Shown piece after piece: positions 18,311 to 27,892 of a stretch of 64,000 nucleotides of DNA. The position numbers and the translations under genes were made by a program. The notes under the pieces were generated by a model. That model searched no databases, was not told the DNA's origin, and was given only the letters and a program-made list of their open reading frames with translations. The DNA lies in assembly GCA_965221775.1 (NCBI GenBank), contig CBDCSU010000004.1, positions 480,001 through 544,000 on the forward strand. The letters run 5' to 3'. The stretch comes from Candidatus Latescibacterota bacterium (GTDB lineage Bacteria > Latescibacterota > UBA2968 > UBA8231). Position 1 is the stretch's first letter. Each line of letters opens with the position of its first letter.

Positions 18311-19548
18311 CGAGGGTTCTCCCCGTCCTCCGGACCGCGGCCCCGTTGCCGGAGCAGGCCGCCGACGCGGTCGAGGAGGCGGTCCGCCACCTCGAGCTTG
18401 CTCAGCCGCGGCAGCCGCTCCACGGCGCCGTCACCGCCGAGGATGGTGACCACGTTGGTGTCGCCGGCGAAGCCGGCGCCCGGCACGCGCAGATCGTTGA
18501 GGACGACGAGGTCCGCGTTCTTGCGCTCGCCCTTCTCCCGGGCCCGGGCCTCTCCGTCCTCCGTCTCCATGGCGAAGGCCACCAGCACGCGGCCGCCCTT
18601 GCGGGCCCCGAGGGTGGCGGCGATGTCCGGGTTCTCCACCAGCTCGAGCCTCAGCTGGCCGCCGGCGCGCTTGAGTTTTTGGGCGGAGACGTCCCGGGGC
18701 CGGTAGTCGGAGACGGCGGCGGCCATGAAGGCCGCGTCGGCGTCCTCGAAGGCCTCCTGGCAGGCCCGCAGCATCTCGGCGGCGGAACGGACGAAGGTGG
18801 TGCGGACCCCCTCGGGCGGGGGCAGCTCCGCCGGTCCGCTGACGAGTTGCACGCCGGCGCCGCGCTGACGGGCGCGGCGGGCGAGGGCGAAGCCCATCTT
18901 GCCGCTGGAGCGGTTGCTCAGGAAACGCACCGGGTCCAGGTCCTCCACCGTGGGGCCCGCCGTGACCAGGATCCGCAGGCCCTCCAGGTCGCCCCCGGAG
19001 GCGCCGGTGAGACGGTCCACCGCCGCTTCGAGGATGCCTTCGGGCGAGGCCATGCGGCCCCGGCCGGAGGCCCCCGAGGCGAGCTCTCCGGACTCCGGCT
19101 CGATCCAGCCCACGCCGGCGGCGCGCAGGCTCGCGGCGTTCGCCTGCACCCGGGGGTGCTCGAGCATCTCCTCCTCCATGGCCGGCGCCAGCAGGACGGG
19201 GGCGGGCGTGGCCAGGCAGATCGTCGTCAGCAGGTCGTCGGCGATGCCGGCGGCCATCTTCCCCAGCAGGTTGGCCGTGGCCGGCGCCACCAGGAACAGC
19301 TCCGCCCACTTGGCCAGACCGACGTGGAGGACGGGGAACTCCTCGTCGGCGGCGAAGAGGTCGCCGTGGACGGGATGCCCCGAGAGCACCGAGAGGGTGG
19401 GGTCGGTGACGAACCGCGCCGCCGTCGCCGTGCGCACGACGCGCACCTCGGCGCCTTCCTCGCGCAGCAGGCGCAGCACGAGGGGCGCCTTGTACGCGGC
19501 GATGCCGCCGCTGACCCCGAGCAGGACCCGCCGCCCCTCCAGCCTCAT
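18307..19548 (-). CDS. coaBC: bifunctional phosphopantothenoylcysteine decarboxylase/synthetase
   Basis: [51 protein letters not shown]. Confidence 0.96.
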   Translation of the reverse strand: MRLEGRRVLLGVSGGIAAYKAPLVLRLLREEGAEVRVVRTATAARFVTDPTLSVLSGHPVHGDLFAADEEFPVLHVGLAKWAELFLVAPATANLLGKMAAGIADDLLTTICLATPAPVLLAPAMEEEMLEHPRVQANAASLRAAGVGWIEPESGELASGASGRGRMASPEGILEAAVDRLTGASGGDLEGLRILVTAGPTVEDLDPVRFLSNRSSGKMGFALARRARQRGAGVQLVSGPAELPPPEGVRTTFVRSAAEMLRACQEAFEDADAAFMAAAVSDYRPRDVSAQKLKRAGGQLRLELVENPDIAATLGARKGGRVLVAFAMETEDGEARAREKGERKNADLVVLNDLRVPGAGFAGDTNVVTILGGDGAVERLPRLSKLEVADRLLDRVGGLLRQRGRGPEDGENPR

Positions 19549-20081
19549 GGGCCTCCCTCCAGCAACGGCTCGACCTGCCGGACCAGGCCCTCGGGATCGC
19601 TCCGGTCGGAGTGCAGGATCAGGTCGTAGATCGACAGGTCGGAGAGGTCGATCCGGTGGTGGTCGGCGTAGCGCCGGCGTTCGGAGCGCTCGCGCGCGAG
19701 GATCGCCGTCGCGGCCTGTTGCGGAGACTGCCCGTCGCGGCCGGCGACGCGGCGCGCCCGGGTGGAGAGGTCGGCCTGCACCCAGAGCTTGAGGGCGTCG
19801 AGATCGTGGCGGTGCATCATCCAGCCGGTGATCCGGCCTTCGAGGAGGCAGCCCGGTGACTGCCGGGCGCGCTCGGTGAGGCGGTGGTCCAGGCGCCGGT
19901 CGATGCCGCCGTCGGCCTCGGCGCGGCTCCCCAGCTCGGCGAGGGAGATCCCCAGCTCCGCCGCCAGGTCGCGGAAGATCCGGCCCACGTTGACGTGTTC
20001 CAGGCCGGTGCGCTCGGCGAGGCGCCGGCACAAGGTGCTGGTGCCGCTCCCGGGAAGGCCGCTGACCGTGATCCGCGTCAT
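19545..20081 (-). CDS. cmk: archaeal-type (type 2) cytidylate kinase
   Basis: ITVSGLPGSGTST, G.IFRDLA, IDRRLD, LEGRITGW, RE.SE..RY, DLSIYDL; 178 aa. Confidence 0.82.
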   Translation of the reverse strand: MTRITVSGLPGSGTSTLCRRLAERTGLEHVNVGRIFRDLAAELGISLAELGSRAEADGGIDRRLDHRLTERARQSPGCLLEGRITGWMMHRHDLDALKLWVQADLSTRARRVAGRDGQSPQQAATAILARERSERRRYADHHRIDLSDLSIYDLILHSDRSDPEGLVRQVEPLLEGGP

Positions 20082-20097
20082 GTCGACGGGCTCCGCC

Positions 20098-20979
20098 TCA
20101 AGCCAGGTTCTGCACCTGCTCGCGCAACCGCTCCACCTCCTCCTTGGCCGCCACCGCCCGGTGGATGATGCCGCCGGCCGCGGACTTGGAGGAGAGGGTG
20201 TTGATCTCGCGGTGCATCTCCTGGAGCAGGAAGTTGAGCCGCCGGCCGACCTCCCCGCCCTGGTCGATCGTCTCCAGGAAACGGTCGAGATGGCTGCGCA
20301 GGCGCACGATCTCCTCGGTGATGTCGCTGCGCTCGGCGATGAGGACGATCTCGGTGGCCAGCCGGTCCTCGTCGACCGCGCCCGGCTCGAGCAGGGCTTC
20401 GACCTTCTCCCGCAGGCGGCGGCGCACCTCCTCCCGGCCCTCGGCCGCGAGTCGGTCGATGTCGTCGGTGAGGCCGGCGATGGCGGCCAGCCGGGTACGC
20501 AGGTCGGCGGCCAGCACCTCGCCCTCGGAGCGGCGCATCTCCTCGAGCCCGGAGAGGGCCTGATCGAGGGCCTCCGCCACCAGCTCCTCGAGCCGTTCCG
20601 GAGCGGGGGTCCGGCTCCCGGAGCGAAAGACCCCCGGCATGCGCGCCACCACCTCCAGGCCCACGGGGGGCTGGCCCGTCTCGCGCGCCAGGCGATCCAG
20701 CTCGGACTGGTAGCGCTCGGCGACCTCGGCGTCGAGCTCGGGGAGGCCGGTAGAATCAGCCGTCTCCTCGCACTCGATCGTCCCCGTCACCTTGCCCCGC
20801 GTCAGGCGGCCCTGGAGGCGCTCCCGGACCCGCGGCTCGAGCTCCTGCAGGGGCCCGGGACAGCGGACCGAGAGGTCGAGGAAGCGGCCGTTGACCGAGC
20901 GCAGGACCGCCCGCACCCGGAGCCCCTCCGCCTCGGCACGGCCCGTGCCGAACCCCGTCATGCTCGTAATCCCGCCCAC
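20098..20979 (-). CDS. yicC: YicC/YloC family endoribonuclease
   Basis: SMTGFG, SVNGRFLD, DITEEIVRL, GRRLNFLLQEMHREINT, REQVQN. Confidence 0.94.
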   Translation of the reverse strand: MGGITSMTGFGTGRAEAEGLRVRAVLRSVNGRFLDLSVRCPGPLQELEPRVRERLQGRLTRGKVTGTIECEETADSTGLPELDAEVAERYQSELDRLARETGQPPVGLEVVARMPGVFRSGSRTPAPERLEELVAEALDQALSGLEEMRRSEGEVLAADLRTRLAAIAGLTDDIDRLAAEGREEVRRRLREKVEALLEPGAVDEDRLATEIVLIAERSDITEEIVRLRSHLDRFLETIDQGGEVGRRLNFLLQEMHREINTLSSKSAAGGIIHRAVAAKEEVERLREQVQNLA

Positions 20980-20987
20980 TGGATCCC

Positions 20988-22244
20988 CTATCTCCCCGGG
21001 TCCACGGCCACCTGCACGATGGAGCTAAACCCGGTGAGGCGGGCCCGGTACGTCAACCCCCCGAGGGTGATCTTGCTGAGCTCGGTCTCTGCCGCCACCC
21101 AGAGCTGCTGGTTGACGCCGTCGATCACGACCCCCCTGCCGGCCTCGGCCTCCGGCCAGTGCAGGAGCGCCCCGCCGTCGGGCGGCAGGGCGGCGATGCC
21201 GTCCTCCCCGGCGATCCAGAGATCCCCCGTCGTCGAGTCCACGTCCATGTGGCGCGCCGGGGCGAAAGGCAGCTCCCGCTCCTGGCGGCCGCTCTCCGGC
21301 AGGAGTCGAAGGAGGCGGTTGCCGCCCGCGATCAGGACCCACGCCTGGCAGCACTCGCCGGCCACCGGATCGACGTCGACGATCCCCTCCAGGCCGTGCC
21401 ACTCGCCGAGGCGGACGCCGGCGGCGTCGACGTGCAGGACGCGTCCGCCGGGCCCGTCAGCCACCCAGAGGCTGCCCGCTGCTCCCAGGACGAGACCGAC
21501 CGAGTCGGAGAAGGCGGCGTCGAGCTCCACCAGGGGCAGGGTGTCGCCGAGGGCGGCCACCGGGAACCGGTAGACCCGGCGGCCGTCGGCGGCGACCGCC
21601 CAGCCGGTCCGCCCCTCGGGGTCGATGACCGTGGCTCCCGCCTCCTCCACGGCCGATTCCACGGGGTGGACGTCGCCGTCCTCGGTGATCCGGTAGAGCC
21701 CGATGGAGCCGTCGCCCACCCAGCAGTCGCCGGTCTCGCCGTCGATGGCGATCGCCGACAGGGACGGGAAGTACCCCCGGGCGAAGAGGCCCTGGCGTCC
21801 GTCGGGAGTCAGCCGCCAGACGAGACCGCTGCCGCCGTCGGCCACCCAGACCCGCTCGGGGCCGGGGGTGGCCAGGTGCTCGCCGGCGATGGCCAGCTCC
21901 GGCTCCCCGGTCACCTCGAGGGCGATGCGGTAGCTGTAGAGGCGGCCGTTGGTCACCGACCGGTCGACGAAGCTGGTGTCCGCGGCCGGCAGTTCCCGCG
22001 TCAGGGTGCTGTCGCCGCTCTGCCGGTAGAGGCGCACGGCGCGCACGTCCTCGAAGCGCGTGAAGTCCCAGCGCAGCTCGACCTGTCCGTCGCCGGCCAG
22101 GGCCCGCAGAGGGCTGGCCAGGTCCAGGGGCTCGGAGGCGCCGGCATCCAGCGGGTTCCGCCGCGAGCGGTCGGCGCAGGACAGGACCACCAGCGCCGCC
22201 AGGGCGAGGCCCGCCGCGGGCAGCCGGAGGCGTCTCGGGATCAT
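20988..22244 (-). CDS. lipoprotein with fibronectin-III-like domain and beta-propeller
   Basis: lipobox VVLSC; AGDGQVELRW..VRLYR..FVDRSVTNGRLYSY; repeated WVAD blades. Confidence 0.7.
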   Translation of the reverse strand: MIPRRLRLPAAGLALAALVVLSCADRSRRNPLDAGASEPLDLASPLRALAGDGQVELRWDFTRFEDVRAVRLYRQSGDSTLTRELPAADTSFVDRSVTNGRLYSYRIALEVTGEPELAIAGEHLATPGPERVWVADGGSGLVWRLTPDGRQGLFARGYFPSLSAIAIDGETGDCWVGDGSIGLYRITEDGDVHPVESAVEEAGATVIDPEGRTGWAVAADGRRVYRFPVAALGDTLPLVELDAAFSDSVGLVLGAAGSLWVADGPGGRVLHVDAAGVRLGEWHGLEGIVDVDPVAGECCQAWVLIAGGNRLLRLLPESGRQERELPFAPARHMDVDSTTGDLWIAGEDGIAALPPDGGALLHWPEAEAGRGVVIDGVNQQLWVAAETELSKITLGGLTYRARLTGFSSIVQVAVDPGR

Positions 22245-22258
22245 CTCTCTTGCGACCT

Positions 22259-22771
22259 TCAGAAGAACACGAGGCAGGCGGTGAGCACGACCCCGGCTTC
22301 CATGGCCAGGAAGGCCGCCCCGGCGATGCGGTCGTAGCGCTCGGCCCGTTCGAAGGCCTGCTGCTGGCGCCGGGCGCCCGCGGAGCGCAGGTAGCGGTCG
22401 TACGCGGCGTCCGCCTCGCCGGTGCTCCACCAGCCGACGGCGGCTCCGGCGACGGCCACGGCCGCGGTGGCCGCCAGGGCCGGCCGCCAGGACCTCTCCG
22501 GCCGCGGCGGCGGATTCGTCTGCACCCGCTGTTGCGAGAGAGGCTCCCCGGCCATCAGGGGAGACGCCATCGGCGGTCCGGGTCCGAGCCGCGCTCGCAA
22601 GAGGCCGGGCTCGAGGGGCCGCGCGCCTTCCGCCTGCGAACCCGCCCACAGCACCGGGAGGGCCATCGAGCCCCCCCGCCATGGCCCGTCGCCCTGTGGA
22701 CGGGGACCCGGCCCAGGGGCGGCCAGGGCCGCCGCGCCCGAGAGCAGGATCACCATCGCCAGCCGCCCCAT
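22259..22771 (-). CDS. hypothetical membrane protein
   Basis: signal-like N-terminus, two C-terminal hydrophobic segments around ADAAYDRY; fills an operon gap. Confidence 0.55.
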   Translation of the reverse strand: MGRLAMVILLSGAAALAAPGPGPRPQGDGPWRGGSMALPVLWAGSQAEGARPLEPGLLRARLGPGPPMASPLMAGEPLSQQRVQTNPPPRPERSWRPALAATAAVAVAGAAVGWWSTGEADAAYDRYLRSAGARRQQQAFERAERYDRIAGAAFLAMEAGVVLTACLVFF

Positions 22772-22772
22772 C

Positions 22773-23969
22773 TCATCTCCCCCGGAACAGGTAGAGGGTG
22801 CCGGCGTCGCTCGTCACCGCCAGCCGCCGGCCGCTCACGGCGACGGAGGTCAGCACGGGCCCGTCGAGGGCATAGCGCCAGCGGCCCACGCCCCCGTCTC
22901 CGTCGACGGCATGGAGAACGCTGCCTCCCGAGCCGATGTAGAGGGTACTCGCCGTGCCCACGGCCGGGGCGCGGACGACACCCCCGGTCTCGAAGCGCCA
23001 GCGCTGCCCGCCGCTCTCCGGGTCGAAGGCGTAGAGGGCGCGATCGCTCGAGCCCAGGGCGAGGACCCCGGCGCCGCGGCTCAGGCCCTCGGCGGGGAGC
23101 CCGTTCACCCGGGCCGTCCACAGCGTCGAGCCGTCCTCGGCCCCCAGGGCGTGGACGGCGCCGTCGGCCGTGGCCGCCCAGAGGCGGCCGGCCCCGGCGT
23201 CGATGGCCGGACGGGTGCGAACGGCGGCGCCCAGCGAGCGGCGCCAGAGGACCCCGCCGCCGTCGGCGGAGGCGGCCACCAACTCGCCCGTGGAGTCGCC
23301 CGCGTAGACGGTCCCGCCGCCGACGCTGGCGGCGCTCAGCAGGCGGCCGGGCACCTCGACTTCCCAGAGGAGGCGGCCGCCCTCCGGCGCCAGCGCCTCC
23401 AGGCGGCCCGACTCCACGGCGGAATACACCCGGCCGCCGGCGACCGCCGGCGGGGCGCAGACCTGGCCGGGCCGGCGCCAGACGGTCTCGCCCGAGGCCC
23501 GGTGCACGGCGTGGAGGCCGGCGCCACCGCCGGTCATGGCCATCAGCAGCAGTTCCCCGCGCCCGCCGGCGAGGGCGGCGGCGGCGCACAGGGGCCGGTC
23601 CAGGCGCCGGCGGCCGACCCGGGTGCCGGTGGCCAGATCGAAGACGACGACATCGGTCTCCCGGGTCAGCTGCAGCACCAGCGGTCCGGCGATCAGGGGC
23701 CCGCCGAGGGGCGCTCCCCCCACGGCCTGCCGCCACACCAAGGAGAGCGGCGGCTCCGGACCCTCGGCCGCGGCGTGGAGCCCGTCGGGGGACCCGCCCT
23801 GCTGCACCCAGGCCGGACCGGCGCCGCCGTCCCAGGGCGCGAAGAGGTTCCCGGGGCCGCAGCCGCAGAGGGCGGCCAGCAGCCACGGCCCCCCCCACCG
23901 GAGGAGCGGTCCGGGCCCGGGGGCCGGGTCAGTAATCCCAGCCGAAGAAGAAGTCCCAGCGCGTGTCAC
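22773..23969 (-). CDS. PQQ-like beta-propeller (BamB-like) lipoprotein; start uncertain
   Basis: repeated A.D..G...W blades; lipobox LLAALCGC. Confidence 0.8.
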   Translation of the reverse strand: MTRAGTSSSAGITDPAPGPGPLLRWGGPWLLAALCGCGPGNLFAPWDGGAGPAWVQQGGSPDGLHAAAEGPEPPLSLVWRQAVGGAPLGGPLIAGPLVLQLTRETDVVVFDLATGTRVGRRRLDRPLCAAAALAGGRGELLLMAMTGGGAGLHAVHRASGETVWRRPGQVCAPPAVAGGRVYSAVESGRLEALAPEGGRLLWEVEVPGRLLSAASVGGGTVYAGDSTGELVAASADGGGVLWRRSLGAAVRTRPAIDAGAGRLWAATADGAVHALGAEDGSTLWTARVNGLPAEGLSRGAGVLALGSSDRALYAFDPESGGQRWRFETGGVVRAPAVGTASTLYIGSGGSVLHAVDGDGGVGRWRYALDGPVLTSVAVSGRRLAVTSDAGTLYLFRGR

Positions 23970-26748
23970 CGTCCACCGATCGGAAGTCGGTCCGCCGCGA
24001 GGCGTCGAGCCGAAAGACGAAGAAACCCCCCAGGCCGATGCGGGCGCCCAGGCCGAAGCTGCCCTTCCAGTCCCCGAAGCGGTCGTTCCAGGCGTTGCCG
24101 GCGTCGGCGAAGAGGGCGCCCCTCAGAGCGGAGAAGGCGATGCTGCCGAAGGGGAAACCGAGGACGAAGCGATCGAGCAGCGGGTAGCGGAGCTCGTGGT
24201 TCAGCAACACGAGGTTGCTCCCCCACAGGGACCGGAACCCGTACCCCCGCAAGGTCCAGCTGCCGCCGAGGGACCAGAACTCGGGTACGTCGCCGCGGCT
24301 GTGGCGGCCCATGTAGCGCACCGCCAGGCAGGTACGCGGGCTGAGGCGCAGGTAGTGGCGGTAGTCGCCGTACAAGGTGGTGTTGAAGGGGCGCGAGCTG
24401 CGTACGTCGATCGTCTGTCCGGCGCCGAGGCTGAAGCGGGACCCCTCCATCGGGCCCGTGGGGATCCACAGGCTGTTGTCGTGGGTGAAGGTCAGGTGGT
24501 TCGACATGAGCCACCCCGTGAGCCGGCGGCCCTCGAACTGCCGGTCGATGTCGGCGTGGCGGGCCGTGAACCGGAGATCGACGCGGTCGTGGCGGTTGAA
24601 GGGGTAGCTCAGCTCCGCCCATCCTCCGGTGCGCTTCTCGCGCACGGCGCGCCCGAAGCGGCCGCTGAGGCGGTCGTTCAGGTGGAACAGGCCCCAGTCG
24701 ACGTTGAGCTGACGGGCCAGGTGCTGCCGGCCGAGGAGGAAGTTGAGCCCGTCGAGGATACCGCTCCGGGACCCGGAGATGTGGGACAGGACGAAGTAGT
24801 AGCGCTCGTCGCCGAGGACATCGCTCAGCCCCACCTGAACGCCGCCGGAGGTGCCGAAGACGGGGTCCTGCGAGATCTGGCTCTGGGCCACGTCCAGGGA
24901 GAGCCGGCGCTTGTAGGTGCGGCGGCTGACCGCCGCCCGGTCCGGCAGTCCCGCCAGGTTCCAGGGGCCGGCCGCTCCCGTCGGCGCAAAGGCCGTGGAG
25001 TCGATGCCGGCGGGATCCGGGCGCAGGCGGTAGATCTGGAACCCCCCGGCCTCGAACCCGGTGAGCAGCAGCTCCTCCCCGTCCGGCATCCAGGCGGGAT
25101 CGAAGAGGCCGGTGAGGGCGCTCGTCAGCCGCCTCCGGCCCACCGGCTCCACGACTCCGGCGGAGTCGCGCAGGGTCAGGGCGTGGAGGTCGAAGTACCC
25201 GCGGCGGTCGGAGCTGAAGGCGAGCCTCTCCCCGTCGGGGGACCAGGCCGGCTGCAGGTCCCGGTGCTCACCCGAGGTCAGCGGCCTCACGCCGCCGCTG
25301 CCGAGGTCGAGGGTGAAGAGATGCTGCCAGCCGCCGGTCTCCGGAGCCGAGGCGCGGTCGGAGCTGAAGGCCAGCAGGTCGAGCCGCGGGTGCCAGTCGG
25401 GATCGCTGTCGAGGCACTGATCGTCGGTCAGCTCGGTCAGGGCGCCGGTGGCGAGATCGAGCAGAAAGAGGTCGGTGGAGCCGCCGCGGCGGGCGCCGGA
25501 GAAGGCGATCCGGCCGCCCCCGGGAGACCAGGTCGGCGACGACAGGGCCACCAGCTCCTCGAAGGTGAACCGCTGCCGGCGCCGCCCCTCCTCCAGGTCC
25601 CACAGGATCAGGTGGTCGCGGCCGTTGCGCTTGGCCACGAAGGCCAGCACCCGGCCGTCGGGCGACACGTCGAGACTGGTGCGCAGGGGATGGAGGGACT
25701 CGTACTCGGGCTCGCGCTCGCCGGCCATCACCAGGCGGTGCCCGCCGCCGCCGACGCGGGACCGGGCGATGGTGGTATAGCCCTGGTCGTTGCGGAAGAA
25801 CACGAAGGAGACGGAGTCGGCTGGCAGCTGGCGGCCCGAGGGCGGGGGGATGACCGCCGCCTTCAGGTTGTATCCGGTGCGCGTGAGCGGGTCCGCCAGG
25901 CGCCCCGGCGGCTCACCCTCGTCGATGTCGGGCAGGTAGTCCTTCTGCATGCGGTAGACCCAGGCCGCGTCGAGATCGGCCAGGCTCTCGCCGGTGGTGG
26001 CCTCGAAGACGCGGCCGAACTCCTCGCCGCGCCACCAGTTGTCCAGCAGCCGGGCGAAGACGTCCTCGCCGTAGCGCTCGGCCATGAGGTGGCAGATCGA
26101 CTCGCCTTCCTTGTACATCTGGAAGGTGCCGTGGATCCGGTGCATCCGGGCGATGGGGGCCAGGCGGCCGCTGAACATGGCGTCGCGCAGGATCATGTGG
26201 GCATAGCTGTCCTGGGCACCGGAGAGGTACTCGGCGAGCCCCTCGGAGAACCAGAGGGGGCCGAACCAGACGTCGGCGGAGCCGCGGCCGCGCAGGACCG
26301 TGCGGATGCGGTCGAACATGAAGACGTGGACCAGCTCGTGGTGCAGGACCCGCTCGAAGTCGGCGTAGGAGCCGCTCAGGGGCAGGGCCACCCGCCCCTT
26401 GAGGAACTCCGTGAAGCCGGCCACCCCCTCCGGGAGCAGGCCCGGCATGATGTTGGTCTGCTCGAAGTAGACGTGGGAGGAGTAGACGATGAGCGGCACC
26501 CGGCGGCGCACGGTGTGGGCGAGGCGGCGCTCCAGGCGGCGGAAGCCCTCCTCCGCCATGCGCGCCGCGATCGACGCCAGCTCCTCCTCCTCCGGATAGA
26601 AGTAGACGTCGAAGTGCTCGGTCTCCATCCGCTGCCAGGCGAGCTCGTCGTGCTGGACCTTGTTCTTGCCGAAGCGGTAGGGCTGGGCCCCGGCCGTTGC
26701 CGCCGCCAGCAGGACCGACGCCAGCAGCGCCGTCAGAGCGCGGGACAA
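23929..26748 (-). CDS. outer-membrane protein: zinc-peptidase-like domain + PD40/TolB propeller + Omp85/BamA-type barrel
   Basis: signal peptide; HHELVH..WFSEGLAEY; PTWSPGG, PDWHP, PAWSPDG repeats; LGGSWTLRGY, ELRYPL, FADAGNAW; aromatic C-terminus; TTG start inferred. Confidence 0.85.
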   Translation of the reverse strand: MSRALTALLASVLLAAATAGAQPYRFGKNKVQHDELAWQRMETEHFDVYFYPEEEELASIAARMAEEGFRRLERRLAHTVRRRVPLIVYSSHVYFEQTNIMPGLLPEGVAGFTEFLKGRVALPLSGSYADFERVLHHELVHVFMFDRIRTVLRGRGSADVWFGPLWFSEGLAEYLSGAQDSYAHMILRDAMFSGRLAPIARMHRIHGTFQMYKEGESICHLMAERYGEDVFARLLDNWWRGEEFGRVFEATTGESLADLDAAWVYRMQKDYLPDIDEGEPPGRLADPLTRTGYNLKAAVIPPPSGRQLPADSVSFVFFRNDQGYTTIARSRVGGGGHRLVMAGEREPEYESLHPLRTSLDVSPDGRVLAFVAKRNGRDHLILWDLEEGRRRQRFTFEELVALSSPTWSPGGGRIAFSGARRGGSTDLFLLDLATGALTELTDDQCLDSDPDWHPRLDLLAFSSDRASAPETGGWQHLFTLDLGSGGVRPLTSGEHRDLQPAWSPDGERLAFSSDRRGYFDLHALTLRDSAGVVEPVGRRRLTSALTGLFDPAWMPDGEELLLTGFEAGGFQIYRLRPDPAGIDSTAFAPTGAAGPWNLAGLPDRAAVSRRTYKRRLSLDVAQSQISQDPVFGTSGGVQVGLSDVLGDERYYFVLSHISGSRSGILDGLNFLLGRQHLARQLNVDWGLFHLNDRLSGRFGRAVREKRTGGWAELSYPFNRHDRVDLRFTARHADIDRQFEGRRLTGWLMSNHLTFTHDNSLWIPTGPMEGSRFSLGAGQTIDVRSSRPFNTTLYGDYRHYLRLSPRTCLAVRYMGRHSRGDVPEFWSLGGSWTLRGYGFRSLWGSNLVLLNHELRYPLLDRFVLGFPFGSIAFSALRGALFADAGNAWNDRFGDWKGSFGLGARIGLGGFFVFRLDASRRTDFRSVDGDTRWDFFFGWDY

Positions 26749-26750
26749 GG

Positions 26751-27830
26751 TCAGCCCTCCTGCAGGTAGCCGCCGAAGGCGCCGCCCCGGGCGAGGGGGC
26801 GCCGCAGGCGGATGCGCCGGCCCGCCTCGACCCCGTGGTCGAAGGCTTCGCTGGCGGCCACCCCCGAGGACCTGCGGGTGACGACGCGCGGATTGTGGTA
26901 CCGGTACCAGGCCCGGAGACGGGCATCCCCCTTCCACACGAGCTCGGCGGAGGCGGCGCTCGCCGTGCGGCTGCGCTCCCTGCGGTCGAGCTGCTCGTGG
27001 AAGCCCTGCAGCAGGCCGGTCCAGTAGCCCATGCGCTCGCGGTTGCCCGTGAGGCTCCGCCGCCGGCGGTAGTCGTCCCACAGGGAGCGCAGCACCTGGG
27101 TGAGGTATGCGTGCACGTACTCGGCCATGTCCACGTTCGCCGGAGTGCCGTAGACCTCCAGCACCGTGCCCTCCAGGTCGCGCCGGGCGGCGTAGCTGCG
27201 CGCCCACAGGACCTCGACGAAGAAGAAGTCGTTGAGGATCATGGCCAGCCACAGCTCCCAGGAGACGTGGCGGCCCTTCACCGGACCCAGGCGCCGGCGG
27301 GTGAAGGAGCGCCCGCCATCGGCCTCGACGAGCTCGACGTTGTACTTCAGCAGCAGCCGGCGGGCCTTCTCCATGGCCGCCCGCGCCTCGTTCTCGTTCG
27401 GCGACCCGGCCAGGGAGAGGAGCTTCTTCACGCGGGACACGACGCCCGCCTCGGCGGCCTCCGGACCCGCGCCGGAGGTCCGCGAAGTCGCCCGGGGCTC
27501 GCAGCGCAGGCGCCGGCAGGCCTCGCGGAAAGCCGGTCCGTGGGGCGGCTCGTCTCCGGCCTTCAGGACCTCGCCGGCGTACTGGTGAGCCATCTCGTGG
27601 CGCAGGGTCTCCATCACCTCGATCCAGGGGTCGTCGAGGATGTGTCGGCGGCTGATGGTGAGCGTGCGCAGCGCCGGGTCCCACGAGCCGAGTCGGGAGA
27701 CGCCTTCGCCGAGGCGGATCTGGGGGCGGCGCAGGGCCTGGCGCAGGTACTCGTGGTCGTAGTGCTCCCACCATCGGTAGAGGGCGCGGACCCAGGCGCC
27801 GTTCAAGTCCCGGGGAGCGGAGACGGACAT
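26751..27830 (-). CDS. SprT-like metalloprotease domain fused to DUF2786
   Basis: TLRHEMAHQ..PHGPAF; RVKKLLSLAGSPNENEARAAMEKARRLLLKYN. Confidence 0.85.
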   Translation of the reverse strand: MSVSAPRDLNGAWVRALYRWWEHYDHEYLRQALRRPQIRLGEGVSRLGSWDPALRTLTISRRHILDDPWIEVMETLRHEMAHQYAGEVLKAGDEPPHGPAFREACRRLRCEPRATSRTSGAGPEAAEAGVVSRVKKLLSLAGSPNENEARAAMEKARRLLLKYNVELVEADGGRSFTRRRLGPVKGRHVSWELWLAMILNDFFFVEVLWARSYAARRDLEGTVLEVYGTPANVDMAEYVHAYLTQVLRSLWDDYRRRRSLTGNRERMGYWTGLLQGFHEQLDRRERSRTASAASAELVWKGDARLRAWYRYHNPRVVTRRSSGVAASEAFDHGVEAGRRIRLRRPLARGGAFGGYLQEG

Positions 27831-27892
27831 GAGGGGGCGGTCTCGGCGGGTGGCTCAGGGCCGCGGGCGGCGGGCTCCGGCGCCGGGGCCCG

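Noticed and set aside
16101-19548. coaBC-udg-dnaB adjacency
   Set aside because: Ordinary housekeeping arrangement as far as I know; nothing unusual visible
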